This document shows positions 37,894-50,565 of a stretch of 64,000 nucleotides of DNA, piece by piece; within the stretch, counting starts at the first letter, position 1, and every line of letters starts with the position of its first letter. Both the position numbers and the translations under genes were made by a program. Under the pieces are notes generated by a model that was given only the letters and a program-made list of their open reading frames with translations, ran no database searches and was not told where the DNA came from. Origin of the DNA: Octopus bimaculoides (Eukaryota); contig NC_068982.1 of the NCBI RefSeq assembly GCF_001194135.2, forward strand, positions 189,064,047 through 189,128,046, written 5' to 3'.

Positions 37894-38902
37894 AGTCTTT
37901 ATGTCTTCTGTTTACCATTCTGACAAGTACTTCCCCAAAACACTCTGAATATACACATACAAACNNNNNNNNNNNNNNNNNNNNNNNNNNNNNNNNNNNN
38001 NNNNNNNNNNNNNNNNNNNNNNNNNNNNNNNNNNNNNNNNNNNNNNNNNNNNNNNNNNNNNNNNNNNNNNNNNNNNNNNNNNNNNNNNNNNNNNNNNNNN
38101 NNNNNNNNNNNNNNNNNNNNNNNNNNNNNNNNNNNNNNNNNNNNNNNNNNNNNNNNNNNNNNNNNNNNNNNNNNNNNNNNNNNNNNNNNNNNNNNNNNNN
38201 NNNNNNNNNNNNNNNNNNNNNNNNNNNNNNNNNNNNNNNNNNNNNNNNNNNNNNNNNNNNNNNNNNNNNNNNNNNNNNNNNNNNNNNNNNNNNNNNNNNN
38301 NNNNNNNNNNNNNNNNNNNNNNNNNNNNNNNNNNNNNNNNNNNNNNNNNNNNNNNNNNNNNNNNNNNNNNNNNNNNNNNNNNNNNNNNNNNNNNNNNNNN
38401 NNNNNNNNNNNNNNNNNNNNNNNNNNNNNNNNNNNNNNNNNNNNNNNNNNNNNNNNNNNNNNNNNNNNNNNNNNNNNNNNNNNNNNNNNNNNNNNNNNNN
38501 NNNNNNNNNNNNNNNNNNNNNNNNNNNNNNNNNNNNNNNNNNNNNNNNNNNNNNNNNNNNNNNNNNNNNNNNNNNNNNNNNNNNNNNNNNNNNNNNNNNN
38601 NNNNNNNNNNNNNNNNNNNNNNNNNNNNNNNNNNNNNNNNNNNNNNNNNNNNNNNNNNNNNNNNNNNNNNNNNNNNNNNNNNNNNNNNNNNNNNNNNNNN
38701 NNNNNNNNNNNNNNNNNNNNNNNNNNNNNNNNNNNNNNNNNNNNNNNNNNNNNNNNNNNNNNNNNNNNNNNNNNNNNNNNNNNNNNNNNNNNNNNNNNNN
38801 NNNNNNNNNNNNNNNNNNNNNNNNNNNNNNNNNNNNNNNNNNNNNNNNNNNNNNNNNNNNNNNNNNNNNNNNNNNNNNNNNNNNNNNNNNNNNNNNNNNN
38901 NN

Positions 38903-38953
<51 letters not shown>

Positions 38954-39084
38954 TACACATGCACATGCACACACTCACTCACACACACACATACACACAC
39001 ATGTACTTATATAAGCAAATAATTTATAATGCATATTAAAGTGGTATATAAATATGCATATGTGTATGTATATATGTATACACC

Positions 39085-39960
39085 ATCGTTGTCGTCATCA
39101 TCATCATCACCATCATTTAACGTCCATTTTCCAATGCTTGCATGGGTTAGACTCTTTGACAGGAGCTAACCAGCTGAAGGGCTATTCAGCCTCTGATTGT
39201 CTGTTCTGGCATGGTTTCTGTGGCTGGATGCCCATCCTAACACCAACCACTTTACTGAGTCTACTGGGTGCCTTTTACATGGCACAAGATAAAGGATGGA
39301 TCCACAAGATTAAGGATGCCCAGCTGGAAAGGATCGCAAGGGACAAGCCTGTATGCAAGGGCAGCCACGATTTTACTCAGCTTAGCCTGTCTTTTCAAGC
39401 ACAGCAAACTGCCAGGAGTCTCAGCCCCCTGTCATACCCTCTGTGAACCCCAACGTTGGTAGATCCTTTCTCACCACATTGTCCCATGTCTACCCCTTCC
39501 ACATGTTCCCTCCACAATTAGAGATCAGCACCTCTTGATGCAACTGTCCTCATTCATACACGTCACATGACCGTACCAGTGCAGTCTTCTCTCTTGCACA
39601 CAACATCTGATGCTACATGTTCTCAGTTTTCTCTCAGATCACTTAGACACACACCCTCCTATATCCACCCTGACATTACCCACCCAATGAAACAGACTGG
39701 CTTCATTTCTTGCAAGTCTTCACATATCCTTAGTAATCACAGCCCATGTCTCACTGCCATGCAGCATAGCTGTTCGTACACAGGCATCATACAATCTACC
39801 TTTCACTCTGAAGGAGAGGCCCTTTGTTACTAACAGGTGTTGTAGCTCTCTGAACTTTGCCCAGCCTATTCTTATTCTCACAGCTATACTTCCAGAACAG
39901 CCGCACCCCACCACTACTAACTTAGTCACCAAAGTAACAGAAACTGTCTACTGCCTCTAG
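39085..39960 (-). mobile_element. RTE LINE RT C-terminal fragment plus 3' tail
   Basis: LEAVDSFCYFGD, RIRIGWAKFREL, KGRLYDACVRTAMLHGSETW; the tail ends ...GGACGTTAAATGATGG/ATG repeats. Confidence 0.85.
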
Positions 39961-39994
39961 AGATAACCCCTGGCAAATTAAGGAGTCTATTTTA

Positions 39995-40034
<40 letters not shown>

Positions 40035-40094
40035 NNNNNNNNNNTACCTTTTTGGGGTCATTGCTACATTTTTTGCTAACTCTGTATAATCTTT

Positions 40095-41269
40095 GTTTCA
40101 GAAAATAATAATGGCAGGTCCTCATCTTACTCAAGAAATGAAGAGGCATGCTGTTATTGTGGTTATAAAGGCTGAGCATAGCGATTTAGAAATAACTTGG
40201 TTTTTAAAAGTTGCCAGATCTTTCGTCTACAAAGTTTGTAAGGAGCTAGAGACTGAAGATGGAAACGTATCACCAGTATCAAAGCATAAAAAGCATTCTA
40301 AACGAACTGAAATCACCAGAAGACCTGAATTTATCCAGCATTGATTACAATTCCAGAAAGTCCATGAGGTCAATTGCAAAAGATCTGCATGTGTCAGAAG
40401 GAACAGTCAGAAATGTTGTCCACGAAGACATTAGATATAAGTCTTATCTGATGAGGAAAGGTCAATTTGTCTGAAAAAGCAAAAGAAAATCACTACATCA
40501 GATCTAAAAGGCTCTTGAATAAACTGAAAAACCCAGCAGAAGAAGATTTGATTTGGTTTTTCTAAAATGAGAAATACTTCGACCAAGATCAAAAGGTTAA
40601 CTGAAGAAATGACAGATGGTTATGTGCAGACCCTTCTGAAGTTCCAAGTGTTATGCATACAAAATTTCCTGCAACTGTCAGGGTTTTAGGGGTTGTCAGC
40701 AATGAGGGACATGTGATGCCTCCTTGCTTCTTTCCACAAGGCCTTAGAGTTAACTCTGCCGCCTACATTGAGGTCCTGGAAACAATTGCTAAGCCCTGGA
40801 TAGACAGTGTATGCAATGGAAGGCCATGCGTGTTTCACTAACACTCTGCACTATCACACGTGGCTCTAGTAACACAGGAATGGATGGCTGAAACTGTATA
40901 TGATCACGTAACTCCTGATATCTGACCTCCTAATTCCCCAGATCTCAATCTATTGGACTATTACATGCAGAGCATTGTTGAGAGAGAGGTCAATGAACAC
41001 GTCCATGACACCAAAGATTCTTTGAAAGCTGCTATAGTCAGAGTAATGTCCAAAATGAACCAGGACCACTTGATTCGAGCATATATTTAGATCTCATATA
41101 GAAGCATTTGTTGAAGCTGAAGGTGGCTTTATTGAATAACATTATAGAAAAGAAGGTTTATTTTTATCCTCATAGCATTTTTTTGATGAATAAAGTTATT
41201 ATCTGTTTTTATATATCTGTTTTGTTTTTTTTAAACATAAATCTGTCCTCAAATATGTTACACACCCTG
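40095..41269 (+). mobile_element. Near full-length decayed DD37D mariner transposase (second family)
   Basis: MAGPHLTQEMKRHAVI..., RKSMRSIAKDLHVSEGTVRNVVHED, WFF*NEKYF, FH*HSA, PPNSPDLNLLDYY with 37-residue spacing. It has stops and frameshifts and a right end CACACCCTG|TA; the left TIR was not identified. Confidence 0.9.
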
Positions 41270-41289
41270 TATATGTATATATGTATATA

Positions 41290-41683
41290 TTCTCTTTTAC
41301 TCTTTTACTTGTTTCAGTCACTTGACTGCAGCCATGCTGGAGCACTGCCTTTAGTCGAGCAAACTGACCCCAGGACTTATTCTGTAATCCTAGTACTTAT
41401 CCTATTGGTCTCTTTTGCCAAACCGCTAAGTTACGGGTATGTAAACACACCAACATCAGTTGTCAAGCGATGGTGGAGGGACAAACACAAACACACACAC
41501 ACACACACACACATGCACATGGTGGGTTTCTTTCAATTTCTGTCTAATAAATCCACTCACAATGCTTTGGTCAGCCCAAGGCTATAGTAGAAGACACTTG
41601 CCCAAGGTGCCATGCAGTGGGACTGAACCCGGAACCATGTGATTGGGAAGCAAGCTACTTACCACACAGCCACTCCTGTACCT
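41290..41683 (-). mobile_element. SINE family A, full length
   Basis: As above. Confidence 0.85.
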
Positions 41684-41724
41684 ATATGTGTATATAAATA
41701 TGAGTATATCTATCTATCTATCTA

Positions 41725-41771
<47 letters not shown>

Positions 41772-42120
41772 TCATATGTATACACATATACATATATACG
41801 TATGCATAGATATCTATGAGACTTGGCTGCTGGTCAAGCTACTGAATACAATTTTAGGTTTTCTGACCCAATTTCCGTCCGGTCTATTGATTGGCCAGGT
41901 CTGTTTATCTTTCTCTTACGGAACACTAAACACTTCTACACACTTCTACTCTCTGCACACATTACACTAAACACGAAACACTACTCATTGCACTGTACAT
42001 GTCTATAGCAATTATAAACTTGGGTTTCAAGTATTTCTTTACAGACTTACAGAAGCACCCACACAACTACATATAAATACACACTCTCAGACACAAACAC
42101 ACACACACACACACACACAT

Positions 42121-42253
42121 CATTCAGCTAGTGTTAGGAACATAAATTGTGACTAAGGTTTGGTGGAAGATTCTAATTCAGAACTTATGAAAACAAGACA
42201 TTTGTACTCAGAACAAGAAGCGGTTTCAGCCGGATTGATACTGAAAGGGTTAA
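42121..42253 (+). mobile_element. piggyBac-type MITE family 1, right half
   Basis: CATTCAGCTAGTGTTAGGAACATAAATTG...GAAAGGGTTAA. Confidence 0.78.
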
Positions 42254-43228
42254 TGTGTTTATGTTCCTGTAACTTAGCAGTTTGGCTAAAGAGATCAATG
42301 AAATAAGTACCAGGTTTTTACAAAAACAAATAAGTCCTTGGGTCAATTCTTTGGACTGAAATTCTTCAAGGCGATGCCCCAGTATGACCACAGTCTGAAA
42401 GAAGCAAACAATGAATGATATTAGCATCATTTAATGAGAATTGGTAAATCACAGATTCTCCCACGGGAATCTATTCTTTTGTGTTTATGTGGTTGGGGGA
42501 AGGCTGAATATCCTTTCTACTAATCTACTAAAGACACAAGGCCTGAAATTTGTGGGGAGGGGGACTAGTTGATAACATCGACTCCCAGTGTTTCACTGAT
42601 ATTTTTTTCTTATCCCTCAATCCCGCTGTCCCCTACTCATCCCTCCTCCTTCCACGTGACCGGTGTCTGGCTAGCCATGATCTTTTTTTCTTGGCCTGAT
42701 TGCCGACCGCCAACACCTCTTATGTCCATCCCCTATGTTCCTGTCTTTAGGCTTTCACTTCATACACTCCAGTTCAATTTGATTCGCTCTCAGTCAAAAG
42801 ACGCCTGTTGTTATTTCTTGTTGTTTGTATTCATAATTGTGTATAATGTTCTCCGTTTTTTTGTTTGTTTATTTGTTTTTGTGTCTTTGTTGCCGTACAC
42901 ATTCGCTAGCTTTCTTACAAAGGGGTCTAATGCTCTTAGCTTAGACTTTTTTGGGGGACAACCAGATTGAACCATCTCAAGTGTAACTGCCCGAAATGGT
43001 CGTGACCTCTAGAACTTGCCTGAGGAAAGAAAGCCACGAATGACCCATCTTTTTTTTTTGCCTGTCCTTCTAATTGTTGTTTCTCTTGTCTGCCTTTGTA
43101 TCGTCAATCTGTCCGAACGTTTTAATGCCCTCTATTCCGTTTTTGTTCCATTTTTATATATATATACATATATATGTATGTATGTATGTATATATATATA
43201 CACACACATACATATACATATATGTATA

Positions 43229-44833
43229 TCATTATTCAGTTTTATTTCAAGATTTCTTGCAAACAGAAAAAGAGCCGGTTTCTAACCCAGATCCAAGGCT
43301 CCTTCACTGGAATTTCAACATCAACAGGGTATTTTTTGTTTGTATGTATTTGTGCAGATTTGTATGTTTTGCTTCATGTATGTATCGTCATGCAAATAGT
43401 TGCATATCTAGACATACTCATATATATTTAAATGATAAATTTCTGCAAAGTTTTACAGATTTTTACAGTTCCAGTGATGGATTGGATCTGTAGTCTTTGA
43501 ATTAGCTTTCTCCTTTCTGGTTTTGAGAACCCTAATTTATTATGATTGGTATTTAGGCAGTGTATTACATATCTCAGGGCCCTAATGATTACAGGTATAA
43601 ACGTGAACTTGTAATCTGGATAGAGTAACTGCAGATTTCTCAATAGTTCCGCATAGGTGTTCTCTTTTTCACTGATCTTCAGCTTTATGTTAACATCCTC
43701 TGGGCAGATAATTTCCACAACCGTGCACAGTTTCTCTTCTCTATCCCAAATCATTATATCAGGTCTTTTAAGCTTACACTTTATTGAGTTCTTCACTGGT
43801 ACATTCCACCAGTATTCCTTTTCATTACGAGTGGCTATGGCTTCTACCATATTGTGGGTTCTTATTTCTTTGTCCTCGACATTATCCTTCCGATGGATTT
43901 CATTATAGAGGGTCCTAGCTACAACATCATATCTCATTGGTAAATAATATGGTTGTGACATTTTCGGACAACTGGTTATGATGTGGGTGATATCCTCAGT
44001 GTTGACTCCACAAAGTCTGCATCGGTTGTCACATTTTACTGCTTTTCCTGCATCACTATCCCTTTTGTGCATCAGGTACTTGGATGATATTTCCTGTTCC
44101 TGGATTGCAAATGCATACCCTTCAAAGTGGGAGGTAGTAATCCGGCCTTTTGTCCCTGATAAACTGCTTTGAGGATCGATGTTACCATCACTCTGGAGCT
44201 TTCTAGTAACATATCCATGCATGGTCTTCTGCTCGCATAGGCTCATCCTTTCATCTGATGATACGTTGCGGTAGAGTCATGCGACTTCTTTGGGAATGCA
44301 TTTAAGGTTATCAGATAAGGAATGCTGCTCAAGGAGCTGCTTTTTAAGTCTCATGATGTTATCAGCCTCATGTGTGCCAACTTGGTCAAGGGATGCACTT
44401 CGACACTTGGTGGTTGAAAGATGTTGCTGAAGGGATAGGATACGACATTCAAAGGCATTTCAGATCAATGTTCAGCAACTGTTGCTTTGTTTTCATTTTA
44501 GGTGGAAACGGTCAATGTCGTTGTTGATGTGGAAATTATGTAAGTTGATTAGCATCATCTGAGTTTTCACATCAAAGGCTCAGATCTCATCAAGCAGCCC
44601 AAATGTTGGTATGAGTACTGGCACTGCAAACACATTGTGGGCCACGGTTTCATTGAATGCAGAGAGTTCTGAGGTCCATATTTTTTTTTATTTGGTTATA
44701 ATCTTCTTTAGTGATACATGTCCCATTACAGGTGCCATCGTAAGATATGTTTTCATCCGACCCAAGGTACCTGTAACATTCTTCATCGGATACAGGGAAA
44801 ACAGTTAGTTCATTGATAGAGATGTTAATCTGC
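43229..44833 (-). mobile_element. 5'-truncated non-LTR retrotransposon, R4/Dong-like (RLE class)
   Basis: YRYLG RT end and NKTVAHNVFAVPVL segment, followed by an open C-terminus with CCHC knuckle and PD-(D/E)xK-type endonuclease, then a 3' UTR ending AAAACTGAATAATGA. Clade assignment is from remembered family motifs. Confidence 0.8.
43428..44246 (-). pseudogene. LINE ORF C-terminus: zinc knuckle plus restriction-like endonuclease
   Basis: HFEGYAFAIQEQEI, CRLCGVNTEDITHIITSC, RPDIMIWDREEKLCTVVEIICP, KISEKENTY; the upstream part of the ORF is disrupted. Confidence 0.85.
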
Positions 44834-46507
44834 ATGTATGTATGTATGTATGTATGTCTCTATATAAATATGTGTTTGTATATATGTATATATCATCATC
44901 ATCATTGTCGTCGTTTAACATCTGCTTTCCATGCTGGCATGGGTTTGACGGTTTGACTGGGGTCTGGCAAGCCAGAAGGCTGCACCAGGCTCCAATCTGA
45001 TCTGGCAGAGTTTCTACAGCTGGATGCCCTTCCTAACACCAACCATTCTGTGAGTGTAGTGGGTGCTTTTTACATTCCACTGGCACAAGAGCCAGTCAGG
45101 CAGTACTGGATATATGTATGTATATATATATATATATATGTATTTATTTATTTATGTGTTTCAGCCAAGTGGCTGCGGTCATGCTGGTGCACCACCGTGA
45201 TATGTATGTATATATTGCAAAAGCGCTTGAGCCAGTGGCACATTAAAAGCACCCAGACACACTACAAAGTGGTTGGCATCAGGAGGAGCATCTAACTGTT
45301 GAAACGAAGCCATATCAGACAGGAGCCTGGTGCATCTCCCCAGCTTGCCATCCCTGGTCAAACCGTCCAACCCATACCAGCATGGAAAATGGATGTTAAA
45401 GGATGATGTTGATGAACAGGTTTCCACACATTTTCTGTCCACCAAATTCAGTCACAAGTTATTCATTGGCCAAGCTCTATTGTAGAAGACATTTGGCCAA
45501 GGTGCTGTGCAGTGGAATTGAACCTAAAACCACATGGATATTAAGCGATTTTCTTAACTGCACTGCCATGCTTGAATCTACAAGAGTAATTCTTATATTC
45601 AATAACACATTATTCTCTCTCAGGACTTTCATTTTCCTTCTCTTTGCAATATGAGTCTGACATTGTGAATGCAAGATGTTTGCTCCATCAATCAACCGCT
45701 AATACGTCTCTCACAACACTTTTCTTCAATATATCTTATTGTATTAATGGTTCCCATGAGATGGCCAACCTAAGAGCTACATTCATTATATGTGTGTTAA
45801 TTACTTATATAAGTAGTTTAGTGTTGTTGTTGTTGTTGGTGTTGCTTAGCCCTGGGTCAGTTCTTATCAAATAGACCTTCATTCAAAAGTAGTTTCACAA
45901 ACTACATGATCTCATTAGTCTTACTTTTAAGATGGTCGAAAGTTATTTCAGAAAAAAAAAAACAAAAAAACCTGGCTGCTGTTTCTTGCTGATGGAGTGA
46001 CAAACATAGAAGCTGTCTTGTTTGGATTGAATTGCAAAGATACAGAATGAAAGAAAATTCTAAAAAAAATGTAAGAGAGAAAATAACAGAGAAATACAAT
46101 GGTTGTGTTTGTTATAAACGATTGTTTTTACATAATAAATGGGAATTTATAAGAATGGAAAAAGCTAGGTAGGAAGGCTAGAAAACTACTGATATGTGTG
46201 TGTGTGTAGTTGTAATAATGAACTGAAACCAAATAATGACATTCTGAAATTCTTAAATGCATATGTTTCAAGTTTGTGTAATATAAAATAAGGAAGACAT
46301 TTGACTGAGGAAGGTTTACGTAATGGATGCATTTCCTGTTATTATACAAACCTGAAACATGTGTATTAAATGATTTCAAAACATCACTGTTTGGTGTTTG
46401 ACTTCATTATTACAACTAATACAACTCAATGGAGTAATTCGTTATATTTGACTTTAGTTGAAAATTCTGGAAGTGTGCACCGTTTCTTAGCATAACAGGA
46501 AACAGAA

Positions 46508-47105
46508 CATCATCATCATTATCGTTTAACGTCCGTTTTCCATGCTGGCATGGGTTGGACGGTTCGACTGGGGTCTGGGAAGCCAGGAGGTTGCACCAGG
46601 CTCCAGTCTGATCCGGCAGTGTTTCTACAGCTGGATGCCCTTCCTAATGCCAACCACTCAAAGAGTGTAGTTGGAGCTTTTTACGTGCCACCGACACAGT
46701 GCCAGAGGAGGCTGGCAACAACCACGATCGGTTGGTGCTTTTTACATGCCACCAGCACAGAAGCCAGTCAAAGCGGCACTGGCATCGGCCACATTCGGAT
46801 GGTGCTTTTTATGTGCCACCGGCATGGGGATCACAACTACAATTTCCATTTGATTTTGGTTTTGATGTACTTGACTCAACAGATCTCCTCAAGTACGGTA
46901 TGTTGCCCTACGATCCAAGGTACTTTTGAGTGGACTGGTTATACAACACTGACATACGTTACAGCTGTGAACTCAGCCACAGCATATCTCCAGAGGTCTC
47001 AATCTTTCGTCATTGCCTCTGTGAAGCCCAACGTTCGAAGGTCATGCTTCACCACCTCATCCCATGTCTTCCTGGGTCTCCCTCTACCCTGGATTCCTTC
47101 AACTG
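46508..47105 (-). mobile_element. RTE LINE 3' end (ORF end, repeat array, (ATG)n tail)
   Basis: Same architecture as 20530-21270, with the complete tail CCAACCCATGCCAGCATGGAAAACGGACGTTAAACGATAATGATG. Confidence 0.85.
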
Positions 47106-47182
47106 TTTGGGGATATATGTATAAGGAGAAAAACAACTAGTTTAAAATCTCTGGTTGAGATCTATGTTGTAACTGTAATGGA

Positions 47183-47452
47183 TAGTAAGGTTTATTTGCC
47201 AACATAACATGGCAGTCCTGCATAGGATTGTGTTACTATGTTTTTAACCCCAGGAAAACATCTTTTCCATCTGGTTGATCGACTCATGATCTGTGTCCTA
47301 GACATACTGTAAGCAAGGCTAGAAGGGAGTAGTAAGCCTCTTTGCTTACTGTGTCGATAAACCAGCTGGAAAAGATGTTTTCCTAGGGTTAAAAAATAGT
47401 AGCATAGTTGTAGTCAGGACTGCCATGTTATGTTGGGAAATAAACTTTACCA
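47183..47452. mobile_element. Foldback/MITE with ~110-bp imperfect TIR
   Basis: GTAAGGTTTATTTGCCAACATAACATGGCAGTCCTG...CAGGACTGCCATGTTATGTTGGGAAATAAACTTTAC; inner arms GGAAAACATCTTTTCCA/TGGAAAAGATGTTTTCC. Confidence 0.82.
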
Positions 47453-47767
47453 TATATATATATATATGTATGTATATTAAATTTATAATTATATATATAT
47501 GTATATAATTACATTAAGGGACCAAGGTAGTATCTGAATGCCTTGGCATTTTCAAGCATGTTGGAGATAGGTCGTTTTTTTCGTCCTTGCTCCCTTAATA
47601 TAATTATATACATATATATATAATTATTAATTTGATATATAAATTACTTCTAAATTTTTATTGCATGCTGACTACCTGATAAAAAATCATTAACGTGATT
47701 TTTATCCTTATATTCTATTATATATAAAAAAATGGGTTAACAACAAACAAGATGAGGACAAATATCC

Positions 47768-48065
47768 ATCATCATCATCATCGTTTAACGTTCGCCTTCC
47801 ATGCTAGCATGGGTTGGACGATTTGACTGAGGACTGGTGAAACCGGATGACAACACCAAGCTCCAATCTAATTTGGCAGAGTTTCTACAGCTGGATGCCC
47901 TTCCTAACGCCAACCACTCAGAGAGTGTAGTGGGTGCTTTTACGTGTCACCCGCACGAAAACGGCCACGCTCGAAATGGTGTCTTTTATGTGCCACCCGC
48001 ACAAGAGCCAGTCCAGGGGCACTGGCAACGATCTCGCTCGAAAACCCTACAAGGCCAGTCAGGCG
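47768..48065 (-). mobile_element. Young RTE-derived 3' UTR copy
   Basis: Near-identical reverse complement of 23453-23740; it interrupts a hammerhead-SINE tail. Confidence 0.85.
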
Positions 48066-48165
48066 GTATATATATATATATATATATATATGTCTGTACG
48101 TATTGTCGTCGTCGTTTAACGTCCGCTTTCCATGCCAGCATGGGTTGGACGATATGTAAATAATG

Positions 48166-48481
48166 TAAATAATGTACACTTGCTCCACATGTAGGAAAGG
48201 AGTTGAAAGTAATTCCATTCGCTGCACCCAGTGTAAACTATGGACACCTAAGAGGTGCAGTGGAATCACAGGTAGATTAAAAGATAAGGTCACCTTTGTG
48301 TGTGGTAGATATGCAGGAACAATAAGCACTGAGAGCACACAGGACTTAGATTCTCTGAAATGCCCAGGAGGCTCTCTTGAGGTTGTAGATAGTTTCTGTT
48401 ACCTAGGTGACCAAATTAGAAATGGTGGAGGATGCTCTGAAAGTATTGTTTCTAGAATAAGAATTGGGTGGAGGAAGTTCA
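48166..48481 (+). mobile_element. RTE LINE RT fragment with Cys-rich insertion
   Basis: CSTCRKGVESNSIRCTQCKLWTPKRCSG...LEVVDSFCYLGDQI...SRIRIGWRKFR. Confidence 0.82.
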
Positions 48482-49026
48482 GATGATGATGATGATGATG
48501 CCATTTCTGTATAACGAACGCAGACACTCCTCAGAAGGTGGCCAAGTTCTGTGTACTTTTCCAGCAAGTCTTTTGTATGAGATAAATTTACTTTTGTCTT
48601 GGCTTTTGGTGTTTGGAATTTTCTTATAATTGTGTGATATTCTGAGACGTGCTAAAGGTTTTAGTGCTAGGGAGTTATCTCCCTTGCTGGGCTTTGTTAA
48701 CAGCAGACGACAGGAACCGTGGGAGAAGTTAAATGGAGGTCTCCTGGAATGCATGGAAGCGGTGGGGTGGGGTGAGGAATGGAGTCTCTGCCGTATGGGT
48801 CCTCATACTACAGCAGTACTCGGACATTAATACGCAACGTTCTTTGTGGTATCCCTTCCTCTGTGGACGATTTTACACACACACACACTAGTCATGCAGG
48901 TCATTAGTCAATATAAATCTGATCCTACCAGCTGAGAAGACATTCCGTCTGGTGAAAAGGATTCAACTATGAAAACCCAGTCTTTGGCACAAAGAAGAAG
49001 CCACTCTTGAACTCCTTTGGCATAGC

Positions 49027-49256
49027 TTAACCTTTACTTTACTGTATTTATTTTGAGATGCTCTGTGTTTCTTTCAATTAATTTTAAATATAACAAAGGA
49101 TTTAGTAAAATAACTTAGTTGTCATTCAGCTAGTGTTAGGAACATAAATTGTGACTAAGGTTTGGTGGAAGATTTTAATTCAAAACTTATGAAAACAAGA
49201 CATTTGTACTACAGAGCCAGAAGTGGTTTCAGCCAGGTTAGTAACGAAAGGGTTAA
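49027..49256 (+). mobile_element. piggyBac-type MITE family 1
   Basis: TTAA|CCTTT...GAAAGGG|TTAA with the same interior as 35806-36037. Confidence 0.85.
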
Positions 49257-49857
49257 ACAACACTAATAAACAAGAGGGAGCTGAGAACTAATCCCTGACG
49301 GACACTTACCTACTTGCATGCCAAATTCCTTCCAAAACTTTGTAACTATCTCTCACCATGATGATAACATCTTTGTACATGGCTTCTATGGCACGAAACC
49401 AAACCCTGCTTCAAAGCTGTTTTCCTAAGCAATGAATACAACATATAAAATGGTTTGTCCTCAGCCACACACTTCTTATGAAGTTATTTCATTTACAAGA
49501 TGATCTTACTTGTATTCTGTCCTGATTCTCATCTACACTAATTTTCTTCCTAATTAGCTGGGCTTGTAACTGTTCTAATTACTTTCATAAATTAGTCCAT
49601 TAATTTGCCGCCTCTGAAATTGTTTCTTTTTAGAGCATCTTTTACATGTATATATATGTATGTATATGTATATATATGTATGTATATGTGTGTATATATA
49701 TATCAAATAAAATAAATGTACAGTGTATTCATAAATATATAATCATAAATAATACATACATAATAAATACATATACATATATATATTATAAATATACATA
49801 CATACACACATATATATTATAAATGTACATACATATAAATATATATATATATATATA

Positions 49858-50220
49858 TTCTTTTATTCCTTTATTTGTTTCAGCCATGACTGTGGCCATG
49901 CTGGAGCACCACTTTAAGTTGAAGAAATCAACCCCAGGACTTATTCTTTGTAAGCCTAGTAGTTATTCTATCGATCTCTTTTGCCAAACCACTAAGTTAC
50001 AGGAACATAAACACACCAACATCAGTTGTCAAGCAATAGTGGTGGTGGGGGGATAAACACATATATACATACATTCAGTTTCCGTCCACCAAATCCACAC
50101 ACAAGGCTTGGTCAGCCGGAACTATAGTAGAAGACACTTGCCCAAGGTGCCATGCAGTGGGACTGTACCTGGAACCATGTGGTTGGGAAGCAAGCTTCTT
50201 TGCACACAGCCACATACAGG
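49858..50220 (-). mobile_element. SINE family A
   Basis: As above, with CpG sites decayed. Confidence 0.82.
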
Positions 50221-50565
50221 TATGAGTGTATCTATGTTTATAGACATGCAGGTAAATACCCAAGTGCAAAACAAGGTGGAGGAAATGGTACTTGAATACC
50301 AAAGGTAGAATAAATTTATGTTTTATTGAAGCTGTAAAACTTTTATGAACTGTTCTAATAACTCAGAGTTTTTGTGTAACTAATCATTAGACTTGATTGA
50401 TACTCAGAGTTACATGAGAAGTTTTTTCAATTAAATGCAACACACACACACACACACACAAGGAAGAATGAAAGTGAAAGTAGAAGAATGTGAAGTTTGA
50501 AAATCTGTGAAGAAAAACGGAAATAAGTGTTGATAATAATGATACATATTTTTCTTTTATATGTT

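Noticed and set aside
687-39000. Many long ORFs containing X runs or YI/HT/CV/RE dipeptide repeats
   Set aside because: They span N gaps or microsatellites and are artefacts of stop-free simple repeats.
43285-43335. Hammerhead-like look of the R4 3' UTR (CAGTGAAGGAGCC...GAAACCGG)
   Set aside because: It lacks the CUGANGA core and convincing stems I and II.
48479-48840. Minus-strand ORF possibly from a LINE C-terminus
   Set aside because: No diagnostic motif that I can name with confidence.
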